A stretch of DNA of 64,000 nucleotides from an uncultured archaeon. Lineage in GTDB: Archaea; Asgardarchaeota; Lokiarchaeia; Sigyniarchaeales; SOKP01. Both the position numbers and the translations under genes were made by a program. Shown here piece by piece: positions 10,228-19,898 of this stretch; the stretch's first letter is position 1; each line of letters begins with the position of its first letter. The notes beneath the pieces are model-generated. The model ran no database searches. It was not told where the DNA came from and saw nothing but the letters and a program-made list of their open reading frames with translations. The stretch covers positions 171,385 to 235,384 of the forward strand of contig CAZALK010000006.1 in the NCBI GenBank assembly GCA_964486045.1. Direction: 5' to 3'.

Positions 10228-11115
10228 ATGCCAGATTCAGAGTCGGAAAAGGAATATTGGAGATGGACAGAATCACGTTATACAAATCCTGATACAAAAT
10301 GGGAAGCTGGAGATATCATTTCGGCTGGAGTAGATGTAGGATCAGTGAGTACTCAAGCCGTAGTTATGGTAGACAGTAAAATCTATTGTTATGCAAGTAT
10401 GCGAACTGGGAGTGATAGCCCAGACAGCGCTAATAATGCAATAGATTGGGCATTAGAAGGAACAGGTCTTACACTAGATAAAATTGAATTTGCTGTAGGA
10501 ACAGGATATGGAAGAGTTAATGTTCCATTTGCAGATCGAGCCATTACTGAAATTGCATGCCATGGGAGAGGAGCCAACTTTATCTATGGTCCTGAGATTA
10601 GAACAGTATTGGATATGGGTGGGCAGGATTGTAAAGCAATTCGAGTTGATAATCGTGGAAAGGTTACAGCATTCCTCATGAATGATAAATGTGCTGCAGG
10701 TACTGGAAGAGGGATGGAAGTATTTGCCGATTTACTCCAAGTTCATATAAATGATGTTGGAGAAATGTCATTAAAAGTTGAAGAAGAGCCAGAACCAGTT
10801 AGTAGCACATGCGTAGTGTTCGCTAAGTCTGAGGCTGTTGGATTACTTAGAAAAGGATGGGGAAAAGAAAAAGTTTTAGCAGCTTATTGCTCAGCTATGG
10901 CTCATCGCGTGGTAACTCTCTTATTGAGACTTGGAATAGAAGAGAAATTTGCGATAACAGGTGGAATTGCTAAAAATATTGGAGTTGTTAAAAGAATTGA
11001 AGATGAGCTGAATATTAATGCCCCAAAACCAAAAATTGACCCACAACTTGCCGGAGCGATTGGAGCGGCATTATTTGGTAAAGCTCTCGTTGAAAAACAA
11101 CGTAAAAAAACCTGA
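10228..11115 (+). CDS. bzdQ: benzoyl-CoA reductase ATP-dependent activase subunit Q
   Basis: N-terminal EYWRW.E, GVDVGSVS, TGYGRV, TEIACH.RG, DMGGQDCK and NDKCAAGTGRGME. ATG at 10228 follows GGAGGT, so it is a better start than GTG at 10204. Confidence 0.92.
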   Translation: MPDSESEKEYWRWTESRYTNPDTKWEAGDIISAGVDVGSVSTQAVVMVDSKIYCYASMRTGSDSPDSANNAIDWALEGTGLTLDKIEFAVGTGYGRVNVPFADRAITEIACHGRGANFIYGPEIRTVLDMGGQDCKAIRVDNRGKVTAFLMNDKCAAGTGRGMEVFADLLQVHINDVGEMSLKVEEEPEPVSSTCVVFAKSEAVGLLRKGWGKEKVLAAYCSAMAHRVVTLLLRLGIEEKFAITGGIAKNIGVVKRIEDELNINAPKPKIDPQLAGAIGAALFGKALVEKQRKKT

Positions 11116-11148
11116 ATTTAAATTATAAATTAAAAATGGAGAAATTGA

Positions 11149-11439
11149 GTGACAAAAGCAAATTATGGTTATAAGGATGGTTCAGGAGAGTATTTTATAA
11201 CTATAGACACAGATTTATGTAATTCTTGTGGAAAATGTGTTGAAGTTTGTCCAGAAGGTGTTCTTGAAATGGCTGAAGATGATTTAGATCCTTTGGGTGA
11301 TGAAGTTATCGCAATCGTTAATGAAAAACACCGAAAGAAAATTAAATATTCATGTGCTCCTTGTAAATCCGCTGGTGAAACAAAATCTTTAATTTGTGTC
11401 CAAGTTTGTGAGTCTGGAGCTATTAAACACTCATGGTAA
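11149..11439 (+). CDS. bzdM: 2[4Fe-4S] ferredoxin, BzdM-like electron donor to BCR
   Basis: ANYGYKDGSGEYFITIDTD N-terminus, CxxCxxCxxxCP, KKIKYSCAPCK...CxxxC and a HSW end. Confidence 0.88.
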   Translation: MTKANYGYKDGSGEYFITIDTDLCNSCGKCVEVCPEGVLEMAEDDLDPLGDEVIAIVNEKHRKKIKYSCAPCKSAGETKSLICVQVCESGAIKHSW

Positions 11440-11547
11440 TCTATATTTTCCCCCAAATTTTAATTAAATCACTGGTTGTATTTAATTAAGTTTTTGGTGA
11501 AAAGAAATTAATTTAAAGACAAATTTTTATTTTCGAGATTGTTAACC

Positions 11548-14082
11548 ATGGAAACAACTTTAATAACAATAAATGGAATCAAAATTGAAGCACAAGAAGG
11601 AGAAAAGATCTTAGAAGCTTCTCTTAATGCCGGAATCTATATTCCAAGCTTATGTGCTCACCCTGATTTACCCGAATTAGTAGGAATGAAACCAACGGAA
11701 TGTATTTACCAAGGTAATAATCAAATTAATAATGAAAACACTATAAATTCTTCCAATGGGCATGAAGGGTGTCAATTATGTGTTGTAAAGTTAAATCGTT
11801 CTGAAGGACTTATAACATCTTGTAGCACTACTGTAGAACAAGGGATGAGTATTCAAACAGAAACTCCAGAGATTAAGGAATATAGGAAAGAAAAATTAAT
11901 GAATATTTTTTCAACTCATCCACATGCATGTTTGATTTGTGCCCAAAAGGAGGGTTGCAGCCGAGAACCCTGTTCAACTAATGTTGCTGTTGAAGAACGA
12001 TGTTGTCCAGAATTGGGACGATGTGAACTACAGAAGATTGCTGAATACATTGGAATTCGCGAAGACACTTTACGTTATAAAACACGTGGACATGTAATTA
12101 TCGAAGATGAACCTCTGTTCATCCGCAATTACGAGTTGTGTATTGGTTGCACCCGATGTGTAAGGGCTTGTGGAGACCTTCGAGGAGTTAAAGCGCTAGG
12201 ATTTGTTTATTCTAATGGGGATACTGTAGTTGGAAATATAGCCCCTACGCTTAGAGAATCAGGGTGTAAATTCTGCGGAGCCTGTGTGGAGGTTTGTCCT
12301 ACAGGAGCACTTACAGATAAAGATATTTTTTGGGCTGAACGAGAAAAATTACTTGTTCCTTGTAAAAATACTTGTCCATTAGGAATGGATGTACCACGAT
12401 ACATTAGATTAATTACAGAGAACAAATATAGTGAAGCAGCAGCAGTCATACGGGAAAAAACACCTTTTCCCTACGTTCTTGGTAGAGTTTGTTTTCATGA
12501 TTGTGAAGTTGCATGTCGCCGAAACCAAATTAATGACCCTATAGCTATTTGTGGTCTAAAGCGTTTTGCAATGGATCAGGATGATGAAGCATGGAAATCA
12601 AAATTAATAATGGGTACGACAACGGGGAAAAAAGTAGCGATTATAGGTTCTGGTCCTTCAGGACTCACAGCAGCATATTATTTGAGAAGATTGGGTCATT
12701 CGGTTACAATATTTGAATCTAATTCTTACGTAGGAGGTATGTTGAGCATAGGAATTCCTGAATATCGATTGCCACGATCGGTTCTTCAAAAAGATCTTTA
12801 CCATATTTTAAGTATTGGAATTGAAACCCAGGGAGATACGGTTGTAGGTGATCACCTATCATTAGAAGATTTGAAATCTCAAGGATTTAATGCAACATTT
12901 CTAGCTATTGGTGCTCAGAAAACTAAAAAACTTAACATAGAGGGTTCTGAACTTCCATCTATTCTGTGGGGTCTTGAATTTCTTAGAAGAGTTAATACTG
13001 GTATAAAATTTGAATTACCTTACAAAATCGTTGTTATAGGTGGAGGGAATGTAGCTATAGACGTTGCTTTAACAGCCCAACGACTAGGTGCTAAAGAAGT
13101 TCAACTATTTTGTTTAGAATGTAGAGAAGAGATGCCGGCTCATGAATGGGAAATTCAAAAAGCAATAGATGAAGGTATAACTCTCAATTGCTCTTGGGGG
13201 CCAAAAACAATTGTTGATACTGGCAATGAAGTATCAAATTTAGAATTTATCCGCTGTGATTCAGTTTATGATGTTATGAATCAATTTAATCCCGTTTTTA
13301 ATGAGGCTAATGTTAAATCTATTCAAACTGATGTTGTAATTATAGCCATAGGTCAATCTCCTGATCTATCTCTGCTAGGAACTGATAGTAATTTGAATAT
13401 TTCACCAAATGGGTTAATTCAAACAAAAGAAGGAACATTTGAGACGAACTTACCTGGAATTTTTGCCGGTGGTGAAGTTATCAAAAATCCTAGTTCTGTA
13501 GTTGATTCGATTGGTATGGGACGAAAAGTAGCTTCTTCGATTGATAAGTATTTAGGAGGAAATGGTAAAATAGGTGATATATTCGTTAATGTTGATGGTT
13601 CTAATCCTTTATTGGGACGTGATGAAAGTTTTAATAATAAAACACGTATTCAAATGCCCGTTTTATCATTAAATGAACGTCAGAATAATTTTAAGGAAAT
13701 TGAGTTAGGTTTTGACGAGAAATTAGCAATAGAAGAGGCTAATAGATGTTTAAGATGTGATTTACGCTTTGAAATCTCGCATGTTGTGCTACCGCCTCAA
13801 AAATGGTTAGAATTGACCACAGAAAATATCCAAAACGTTCCTGAAACAGAAGGGACTATTCAAATCTTAAATGAGAATCAAGAAATAGTCTTAATTCAAG
13901 GGACTCAGAATATGCGTCTGGTATTGGGGGGGCAGTTATCAACGAATCCGAAAGCGTGCTTTTTTAATTATGAGGAAGACCCAATGTATACAAAAAGAGA
14001 GAGTGAATTACTCCAGCAATTCATGCAAGAATTCGGAAGATTTCCCGAAGGAAATGAAGATCTTGATGATGATCTTTTTTAG
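11548..14082 (+). CDS. bzdV: BzdV-like NAD(P)H:ferredoxin oxidoreductase (2Fe-2S + 4Fe-4S + GltD-like FAD domains)
   Basis: N-terminal hydrogenase-like 2Fe-2S domain, CIGCTRCVRAC, CKFCGACVEVCP, PC...CP, GSGPSG, GGGNVA.D and EA.RCLRC. Directly follows bzdM. Confidence 0.8.
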   Translation: METTLITINGIKIEAQEGEKILEASLNAGIYIPSLCAHPDLPELVGMKPTECIYQGNNQINNENTINSSNGHEGCQLCVVKLNRSEGLITSCSTTVEQGMSIQTETPEIKEYRKEKLMNIFSTHPHACLICAQKEGCSREPCSTNVAVEERCCPELGRCELQKIAEYIGIREDTLRYKTRGHVIIEDEPLFIRNYELCIGCTRCVRACGDLRGVKALGFVYSNGDTVVGNIAPTLRESGCKFCGACVEVCPTGALTDKDIFWAEREKLLVPCKNTCPLGMDVPRYIRLITENKYSEAAAVIREKTPFPYVLGRVCFHDCEVACRRNQINDPIAICGLKRFAMDQDDEAWKSKLIMGTTTGKKVAIIGSGPSGLTAAYYLRRLGHSVTIFESNSYVGGMLSIGIPEYRLPRSVLQKDLYHILSIGIETQGDTVVGDHLSLEDLKSQGFNATFLAIGAQKTKKLNIEGSELPSILWGLEFLRRVNTGIKFELPYKIVVIGGGNVAIDVALTAQRLGAKEVQLFCLECREEMPAHEWEIQKAIDEGITLNCSWGPKTIVDTGNEVSNLEFIRCDSVYDVMNQFNPVFNEANVKSIQTDVVIIAIGQSPDLSLLGTDSNLNISPNGLIQTKEGTFETNLPGIFAGGEVIKNPSSVVDSIGMGRKVASSIDKYLGGNGKIGDIFVNVDGSNPLLGRDESFNNKTRIQMPVLSLNERQNNFKEIELGFDEKLAIEEANRCLRCDLRFEISHVVLPPQKWLELTTENIQNVPETEGTIQILNENQEIVLIQGTQNMRLVLGGQLSTNPKACFFNYEEDPMYTKRESELLQQFMQEFGRFPEGNEDLDDDLF

Positions 14083-14187
14083 CTTTCACTTTTTTATAAA
14101 TTAATAATTGTGAATATAAAAAATAGATTGGATCTAACTATTCTATTATTGTAAAATCTGTAAACTCTTTTGATATGATTCCGAGAT

Positions 14188-15231
14188 TTATGGTGTTAAC
14201 CAGGATCCCAACTTCAGTTTTGATTCCTTGAAGGCTTCTCTATCATAAGTGCTGATTTCCTTTTCAGCCAAGTTGAGGTAATAATTAAAACTCTTTGGGT
14301 CGAACCCAGCAAGATTACCAAGGATAGCATCAAGAGAAACGAGATCTCTCCCGAAAGAAATAAATCCTAGATTTTTTATAATGTTGTATTTAAGTCCCGA
14401 ATATTCGTCATCAAATTTTCCTTCAGGATGAAGGACTGACCGAGTATTCAATCCCTCACAGATACCATACACGTTGAAGAGAGCATGGTAGATTTTATTA
14501 ATACCAATGATACTTCTAGGGAGTAAAACGTCTTTTGTTCCATGCCACCAAGGTCTTAAAGGATCGGGGATCATTCCAAAAATATTTTTCATCGTGAAGC
14601 TAGCATAATGTTTCAGCTTAGCTAGGCTGATGAACATTGCTCCGCGTAGATCGTAAAGTTTTTTTGGTACCATATTGTAGAGTTTATCAATCTGAACGGG
14701 TTTGAAAGATTTTTCAACGTCTTTTTTTACTTCATTTTGATCAGCTATTCTACCACTCCATATTTCATCTGTCACATTGATGTATTTAACATTAAACTCC
14801 TTGAAAAGATCGGTAAACCCATTTTGGTCTAGGAATATTTTAACGCCCTTCTTAAGCCGATCCCAATGCCCGTCTCTTTTAAACCAATCCCAACTTGGAT
14901 TTTTAATCAACCATTTCCAACCATGGCCTGCTAATAACCATTTCCAGTTTACTTCCTTGCCTTCAGCAATGAAATTCAACCCATCCTCTAAAGGTTCATT
15001 GAATACATGAGTAGAAGACTCTGTGACCACTATTTTGGAATCAAGACTTTCTAACAACAACCTTAATGTTTTTAAGCTAGTGAAATGTCCAGGCAAAGTT
15101 GAAACCCAATTAGGCTTGATAATGATTGTTTCTGATTCAAACCAGGGATCAACCAAAATCTGGTTTAATTTATATGAGTTGCTTAATTTTGCTATTGTGG
15201 TCTTTCCGAACAAATGTTGAGTGACAGTCAT
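14188..15231 (-). CDS. DUF362 family protein
   Basis: IIIKPNWV, S.AKLKH...FTMKN.FG and D.V..DA motifs. Confidence 0.7.
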   Translation of the reverse strand: MTVTQHLFGKTTIAKLSNSYKLNQILVDPWFESETIIIKPNWVSTLPGHFTSLKTLRLLLESLDSKIVVTESSTHVFNEPLEDGLNFIAEGKEVNWKWLLAGHGWKWLIKNPSWDWFKRDGHWDRLKKGVKIFLDQNGFTDLFKEFNVKYINVTDEIWSGRIADQNEVKKDVEKSFKPVQIDKLYNMVPKKLYDLRGAMFISLAKLKHYASFTMKNIFGMIPDPLRPWWHGTKDVLLPRSIIGINKIYHALFNVYGICEGLNTRSVLHPEGKFDDEYSGLKYNIIKNLGFISFGRDLVSLDAILGNLAGFDPKSFNYYLNLAEKEISTYDREAFKESKLKLGSWLTP

Positions 15232-15242
15232 CTTTATCTACC

Positions 15243-15650
15243 TTAAGTTTCAAATATTGTGAGTCCACTCTTTTCTAGAGTTTGTATGGATTTTAAAATA
15301 TCATCATTATTTACACGCAAGATAAGCATAGGATCTTCCTTAACTATCGTAGAATAACAGTAATCAATGTTGATATTATTATCTCCTAATGTTTTTGGAA
15401 TCTCATATAAAGCCTTAGGGTGACCATTCAGTTTTATAGCGATAACATCAGTAGTAGACAGGAGATAACCATTTTCTTCTAAAAGAGTAATACATTTTCT
15501 TGGTTTATCAACCAACACCAATAGTAATCCATATTCGGGTGTTTTAGCAACAGTTAAGGCTCTTATAAAGATTTTATTATCCATTAGACTCTTAATTAGT
15601 TTTGCTAACGCTCCAGGACGATCTTCTAAGAATACACTAAGTTGTATCAT
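15243..15650 (-). CDS. tandem ACT-domain (amino-acid-binding) protein
   Basis: QLSVFLEDRPG.L...I.IRAL and PKAL...LGDNNINIDY.Y repeats, as in PaaK-associated ACT proteins. Confidence 0.85.
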   Translation of the reverse strand: MIQLSVFLEDRPGALAKLIKSLMDNKIFIRALTVAKTPEYGLLLVLVDKPRKCITLLEENGYLLSTTDVIAIKLNGHPKALYEIPKTLGDNNINIDYCYSTIVKEDPMLILRVNNDDILKSIQTLEKSGLTIFET

Positions 15651-15748
15651 TATATTTCAAATCTTTCATTAATAGATGTAAATTTTAATATTACTTTTGT
15701 TTTAAACTTAATATAGAATTTCTTTTTAATTGGTCGGTCTCAAAACAG

Positions 15749-16537
15749 ATGTTAAAAGATTTTTACGACAAACATAGAAATTTCTCTTGTAGATCTTTAA
15801 CAGAATACAACATATCTCCCGGGATAAGATGTAAATTTGACATTTTAAAAGCGAACCTAAACACTAAAAAACCTTTTAATAACGCGCTGGATCTTGGTTC
15901 TTCTGGAAATTCATTTCTATTCTTATTAGAAAATTTGAAGACCAGATCATTCTTAGATATCACAGAGCTTCCATTACAACAATATAAATATAGAATTACA
16001 GGGCACCCCGTATGTGCTGATCTAAAAAAATTACCTTATCGGAATGAATTCTTTGATTTTATTAGTGCTCTAGATGTTCTAGAACATATAAAAAATGACC
16101 AAATTGCTGTTTCAGAAATTAGCAGAATATTAAAGAATGCAGGGATAATCGTTATTACTGTTCCTCATAGAATGAAATACTATACGAATCAAGATCGAAT
16201 AATAGGTCATTATAGAAGATATGAAGTTCATGAATTAGTAAATCTATTTAGAAAATTTAATTTAATTCATTTAAAGACTTTCGGAATATATGGACGGTTA
16301 ATGCGAATTTCTGATATCCAGTCGGTAAATCCCAATAATATTGAAGAAAATATTGCAAATTTGAGATATCGATATGAAAATAATCAAACTTTTCGCACTG
16401 TCTGGAATTTAATTGTTAAGATTTTATCTAAACTGATGAAGATTGATGCAAAATATCAACCTCTAAAGAAAATTATGAATATTGGGTTAATATTTAAAAA
16501 AAATTCTTCTCTCGGTAGCAGTAAAAATTTATGTTAA
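15749..16537 (+). CDS. class I SAM-dependent methyltransferase
   Basis: LDLGS, AD...LPY....FD, LDVLEHI, EI.RILK..G.I.ITVP and GHYRRY motifs. Confidence 0.85.
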   Translation: MLKDFYDKHRNFSCRSLTEYNISPGIRCKFDILKANLNTKKPFNNALDLGSSGNSFLFLLENLKTRSFLDITELPLQQYKYRITGHPVCADLKKLPYRNEFFDFISALDVLEHIKNDQIAVSEISRILKNAGIIVITVPHRMKYYTNQDRIIGHYRRYEVHELVNLFRKFNLIHLKTFGIYGRLMRISDIQSVNPNNIEENIANLRYRYENNQTFRTVWNLIVKILSKLMKIDAKYQPLKKIMNIGLIFKKNSSLGSSKNLC

Positions 16538-16945
16538 GTCTTCTTTTATCTTGTCAAATAACTTCTTATAGTCTTCGATGTATTTCTCGTCATTAGATTC
16601 ATCTATTTTTTGCAATAGTTCGATTGATTTTGTCAGTGCTTGAGATCTTTTCTTAATTCTCTCTAAAAATTGTTGTTTATTAAACTCAGTTTTTGAGATA
16701 TCAATTTTATCTTTGACTTCTAAAATTGAAGCTTCAATTTCTTTATGTGATTCGATTACGTTGTTTAATACACCCAATTGTAGTTGTTTCTTTCTTTTTT
16801 CTAATTTTATACAATTTTCACATACTATTTCTTCATTGTTTTCTTGTTTTCTTAATTTTTCTCCCTCTTTCATCATAAAGGGATTTTTACAACGATTACA
16901 GGCGACTAATTCAAGGAGAAGTTTATCAGCATTAGAATCGGGCAT
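16529..16945 (-). CDS. hypothetical protein, N-terminal CxxC...CxxC Zn finger plus coiled coil
   Basis: CNRC...CENC followed by heptad-like charged helices. Confidence 0.65.
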   Translation of the reverse strand: MPDSNADKLLLELVACNRCKNPFMMKEGEKLRKQENNEEIVCENCIKLEKRKKQLQLGVLNNVIESHKEIEASILEVKDKIDISKTEFNKQQFLERIKKRSQALTKSIELLQKIDESNDEKYIEDYKKLFDKIKEDLT

Positions 16946-17076
16946 ATCAACACAAAAATAAATCCAAATTTTAAATATTTTTCTATAATATTGATCTCGT
17001 TTAACTAATTTATTATTGTTCCATTTGGCTCCCCATTTTTAGAAAACTAATAATTGAGTTTTATATTTCACTTTTT

Positions 17077-17877
17077 ATGGATGTAATTTTAATCATCATT
17101 TTACTTGCATTTGGTGCGTTATTTGGCATTATTGGCACTGTCGCAGGAATAGGCGGTGGAGCTCTTCATATGAGTTTAATGATTTTATTATTTGCTATCC
17201 CCATAGATGAAGCGAGAAATACATCTTCGTTTATCATTTTTCTCTTCTCTGGCATAGCATTCATTAACTATTTTAAACAGGGGAAAGTTAATATCAAACT
17301 TACTTTAATCTTTGCTAGTTTTGCATTATTGGGTAGTATTACCGCAACTGTCTTATTTATGTTCTTGCCAATTGATAATACAGCTTTAAAGATTATTATA
17401 GCATCAGTAGTCCTGGCTTCAGGATTAAACATGATCCGGAAAGCTTTTGCATCTTTAAAACTAGAAAGATTAAATAATAATGAAGAAATACAGTTTTTTT
17501 TTGATAATTTTGACTATAGTTCAAATTTAAAGAAGGGAATCCCTTTATTTTTCTTGGCAGGTTTTGTAGCCTATCTAAGTGGAATTGGGGGTGGTATGTT
17601 ATTTGTACCAATTCTCAGCATTATTTTTGGAATGCCAATATTTATTTCAACTGCAACATCAACAACGATGATATTTTTCATTGGAATATATAATGCTTCT
17701 GCTAGAATGGTTGTTGGAAAAATTCATTATTTAATAGGTATTTTAATAGGAATGGGGGCTATCTTAGGTTCACTTTATGGAACCAGGTTATCTAAAAAAA
17801 TAAAAAAGCAGAATTTACAATTTTTTGTTGCAGTGATTCTATTAGGGTTAGCAATTAGAATGTATTTTATTGTTTAG
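17077..17877 (+). CDS. TauE/SafE (TSUP) family membrane transporter
   Basis: Two repeats of G..AGIGGG / SGIGGG...VP, A.ATS motif and about 8 hydrophobic segments. Confidence 0.88.
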   Translation: MDVILIIILLAFGALFGIIGTVAGIGGGALHMSLMILLFAIPIDEARNTSSFIIFLFSGIAFINYFKQGKVNIKLTLIFASFALLGSITATVLFMFLPIDNTALKIIIASVVLASGLNMIRKAFASLKLERLNNNEEIQFFFDNFDYSSNLKKGIPLFFLAGFVAYLSGIGGGMLFVPILSIIFGMPIFISTATSTTMIFFIGIYNASARMVVGKIHYLIGILIGMGAILGSLYGTRLSKKIKKQNLQFFVAVILLGLAIRMYFIV

Positions 17878-17901
17878 TATAAAAAAATTTCATCTAAAAA
17901 T

Positions 17902-18372
17902 TTACTTAAAGCTTCTGTGTTCGTGTTTGAGTTCAAAATAAGTCTGGTCACTGAGGATGTCATTGTGTATTTCACCTAAATATTTGTTTTGCAAAATTTT
18001 ATCAAAATATCGTAAAATTGATTCATAAATTTCTTTAAGGAAAGTATCTGTTTGAGAAAATCCGTAAGAAATTTCCTTCATTAATTCAAAATCAAATTTG
18101 AGATCAACTTCTTTCATCTCAAAGATTTTTTTTTTTAAACGTTTGTCATGAAAATTAGTCCATACTGATTCATAAATAAAATAATTAATAAATTAAACTG
18201 ATTCTGTGATAAGTCCAAGGGAAAGGGCAGCAGCTAAGCTTCCCGTAATTATAAAAGCAACTAACATTCCGAGAGAAATTGTTATTACTCTATAAATCAT
18301 GCTTTTTAAGAGACTCTCTTTTAAATTCTCTTTCCACTCTGTTGGTTTCTCTTTCCATTTAATTTTTCTCAT
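17902..18372 (-). pseudogene. DUF2061-like membrane protein interrupted by a single in-frame TAA (18193-18195)
   Basis: From ATG 18372: MRKIKWKEKPTEWKENLKESLLKSMIYRVITISLGMLVAFIITGSLAAALSLGLITESV*FINYFIYESVWTNFHDKRLKKKIFE. It continues in frame into the 17902-18117 ORF. Confidence 0.7.
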
Positions 18373-18627
18373 AGATAAATCTTTCCAATAAAAGGAGTGC
18401 TATTTTGATAATAATAATATCTATTTTAAATATAATCCTTTAGATGATAGTAAGGATAATACAAAGACTACTTTTTATGTGTTTTTAAATCCCTTCAGAA
18501 AAAACAATAGAAAAAAAGTTTTAAAATTAGTGAATTCTAAATTAGATAAAATATATACTAAATTTAACACATCAATGTTCAAGGTAATATATCCATCAAA
18601 TATTGATTAAGATTAGGTAATTGAAAA

Positions 18628-18858
18628 ATGGTTAAAGTGAAGGATCTCGAAAAACTTATGGATGATTTTATGATTGAACCAGATGAAAAATTTATCGATA
18701 TAAAAAGATATCTCCTAAGTGAATTTAAATGGGAAATTAATCCTCTAAAAAAATCCCAATTTATGATTAGAGGGATTCCCATAGCGGACGACAAGAAACT
18801 CGGTGATTTGTTAAAAAGTTTTTTACCAGATGAAGTAGTTGTACTTAAAGAATTTTAA
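18628..18858 (+). CDS. ubiquitin-like (beta-grasp) small protein lacking C-terminal GG
   Basis: 76 aa that align by eye with ubiquitin: VKDL/VKTL, IEPDEKFIDIK/VEPSDTIENVK, INP/IPP, FMIRGIPIADDKKLGD/LIFAGKQLEDGRTLSD. Confidence 0.6.
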   Translation: MVKVKDLEKLMDDFMIEPDEKFIDIKRYLLSEFKWEINPLKKSQFMIRGIPIADDKKLGDLLKSFLPDEVVVLKEF

Positions 18859-18868
18859 AGGAAATACC

Positions 18869-19720
18869 TTACTCGAAGATTATAGTCTTATTATTGCTTA
18901 AAAAAACTCTATCTTCAAAAACAAGTCTTAAAGCTTTCGAGAGAGTCGCTATTTCTACTTCCCTACCCGCTTGTTTCATATCTTTCACAGTATATTTATG
19001 ATTAACACTTATTATTTCTTGAACTATTATAGGCCCTTTATCTAATTCTTCTGTAACAAAGTGTGATGTAGCTCCAATAATCTTTACACCTCGTTTGAAT
19101 GCTCGCTCGTAGGGATTTGCACCAATAAAAGCGGGTAAGAAAGAATGATGGATATTTATAATTCGGTCTTTGAATATAGATACAAAATTAGGAGTTAAAA
19201 TTCTCATGTATTTTGCGAGGATCAAATAATCAGTCTCATATTTACTTAGGATTTCTAAAATAAATTCCTCATGTTCTTCTCTGGTCTTATCTTGGTGGCT
19301 CTCATAATGAAAGGGGATTTTAAATTTTTTAACAAGTGTTTCCAAATCGGGGTAATTGCTGATAACAGCAAGAATTTCAGCGTTTATTTCATTATACTCA
19401 TTCTTAATTAACAAATCTCCCAGGCAATGATGTTCTTTACTAACTAGTATTACTATCTTCTTTTTCCTAATTTTAATAAGCTTGAAAGTTGCATCTCTTG
19501 GTAATGTCTCCTTTAAATTCGTAAGAATGGATTTCTTATTGACTTCTCCCGGAAATTCTGAACGCATGAAAAAATGATTGTCTTCTTCTTCAACAAATTC
19601 ACTATTACTAATAATATTTAAACCTTCATTGTACAAAACTCCGGTTATTTTATGAATAATACCTATTTCATCCGTGCAATCTACTAAAAGAATATAGTTT
19701 TCCATGAACATATCATTCAA
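18869..19720 (-). CDS. purU: formyltetrahydrofolate deformylase
   Basis: N-terminal ACT domain, VSKE.HCL.DLL, LAKYMRIL, INIHHSFLPAF.GANPY, GVKIIGAT.HFVT..LD.GPII.Q. The true start may be one of the downstream ATGs. Confidence 0.95.
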   Translation of the reverse strand: MNDMFMENYILLVDCTDEIGIIHKITGVLYNEGLNIISNSEFVEEEDNHFFMRSEFPGEVNKKSILTNLKETLPRDATFKLIKIRKKKIVILVSKEHHCLGDLLIKNEYNEINAEILAVISNYPDLETLVKKFKIPFHYESHQDKTREEHEEFILEILSKYETDYLILAKYMRILTPNFVSIFKDRIINIHHSFLPAFIGANPYERAFKRGVKIIGATSHFVTEELDKGPIIVQEIISVNHKYTVKDMKQAGREVEIATLSKALRLVFEDRVFLSNNKTIIFE

Positions 19721-19898
19721 ATTTATGTTCTAAGATAAAGTGTTGGATTTTTCTTTTAATTTAACGAGATAATATAACTCATTTATTAGATTTGCTCCTT
19801 TCTCTCTTTTAATTTATATGCATTTATCTAAAAAATCTTAAATCTTTTTGATTATACTATACATTAATTTATTAATATTAGTAATGTGATTAACGTAA

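Noticed and set aside
18193-18195. Selenocysteine or pyrrolysine recoding of the internal stop
   Set aside because: The stop is TAA, not TGA or TAG. No in-frame TGA was seen in any redox gene and no convincing SECIS was recognised.
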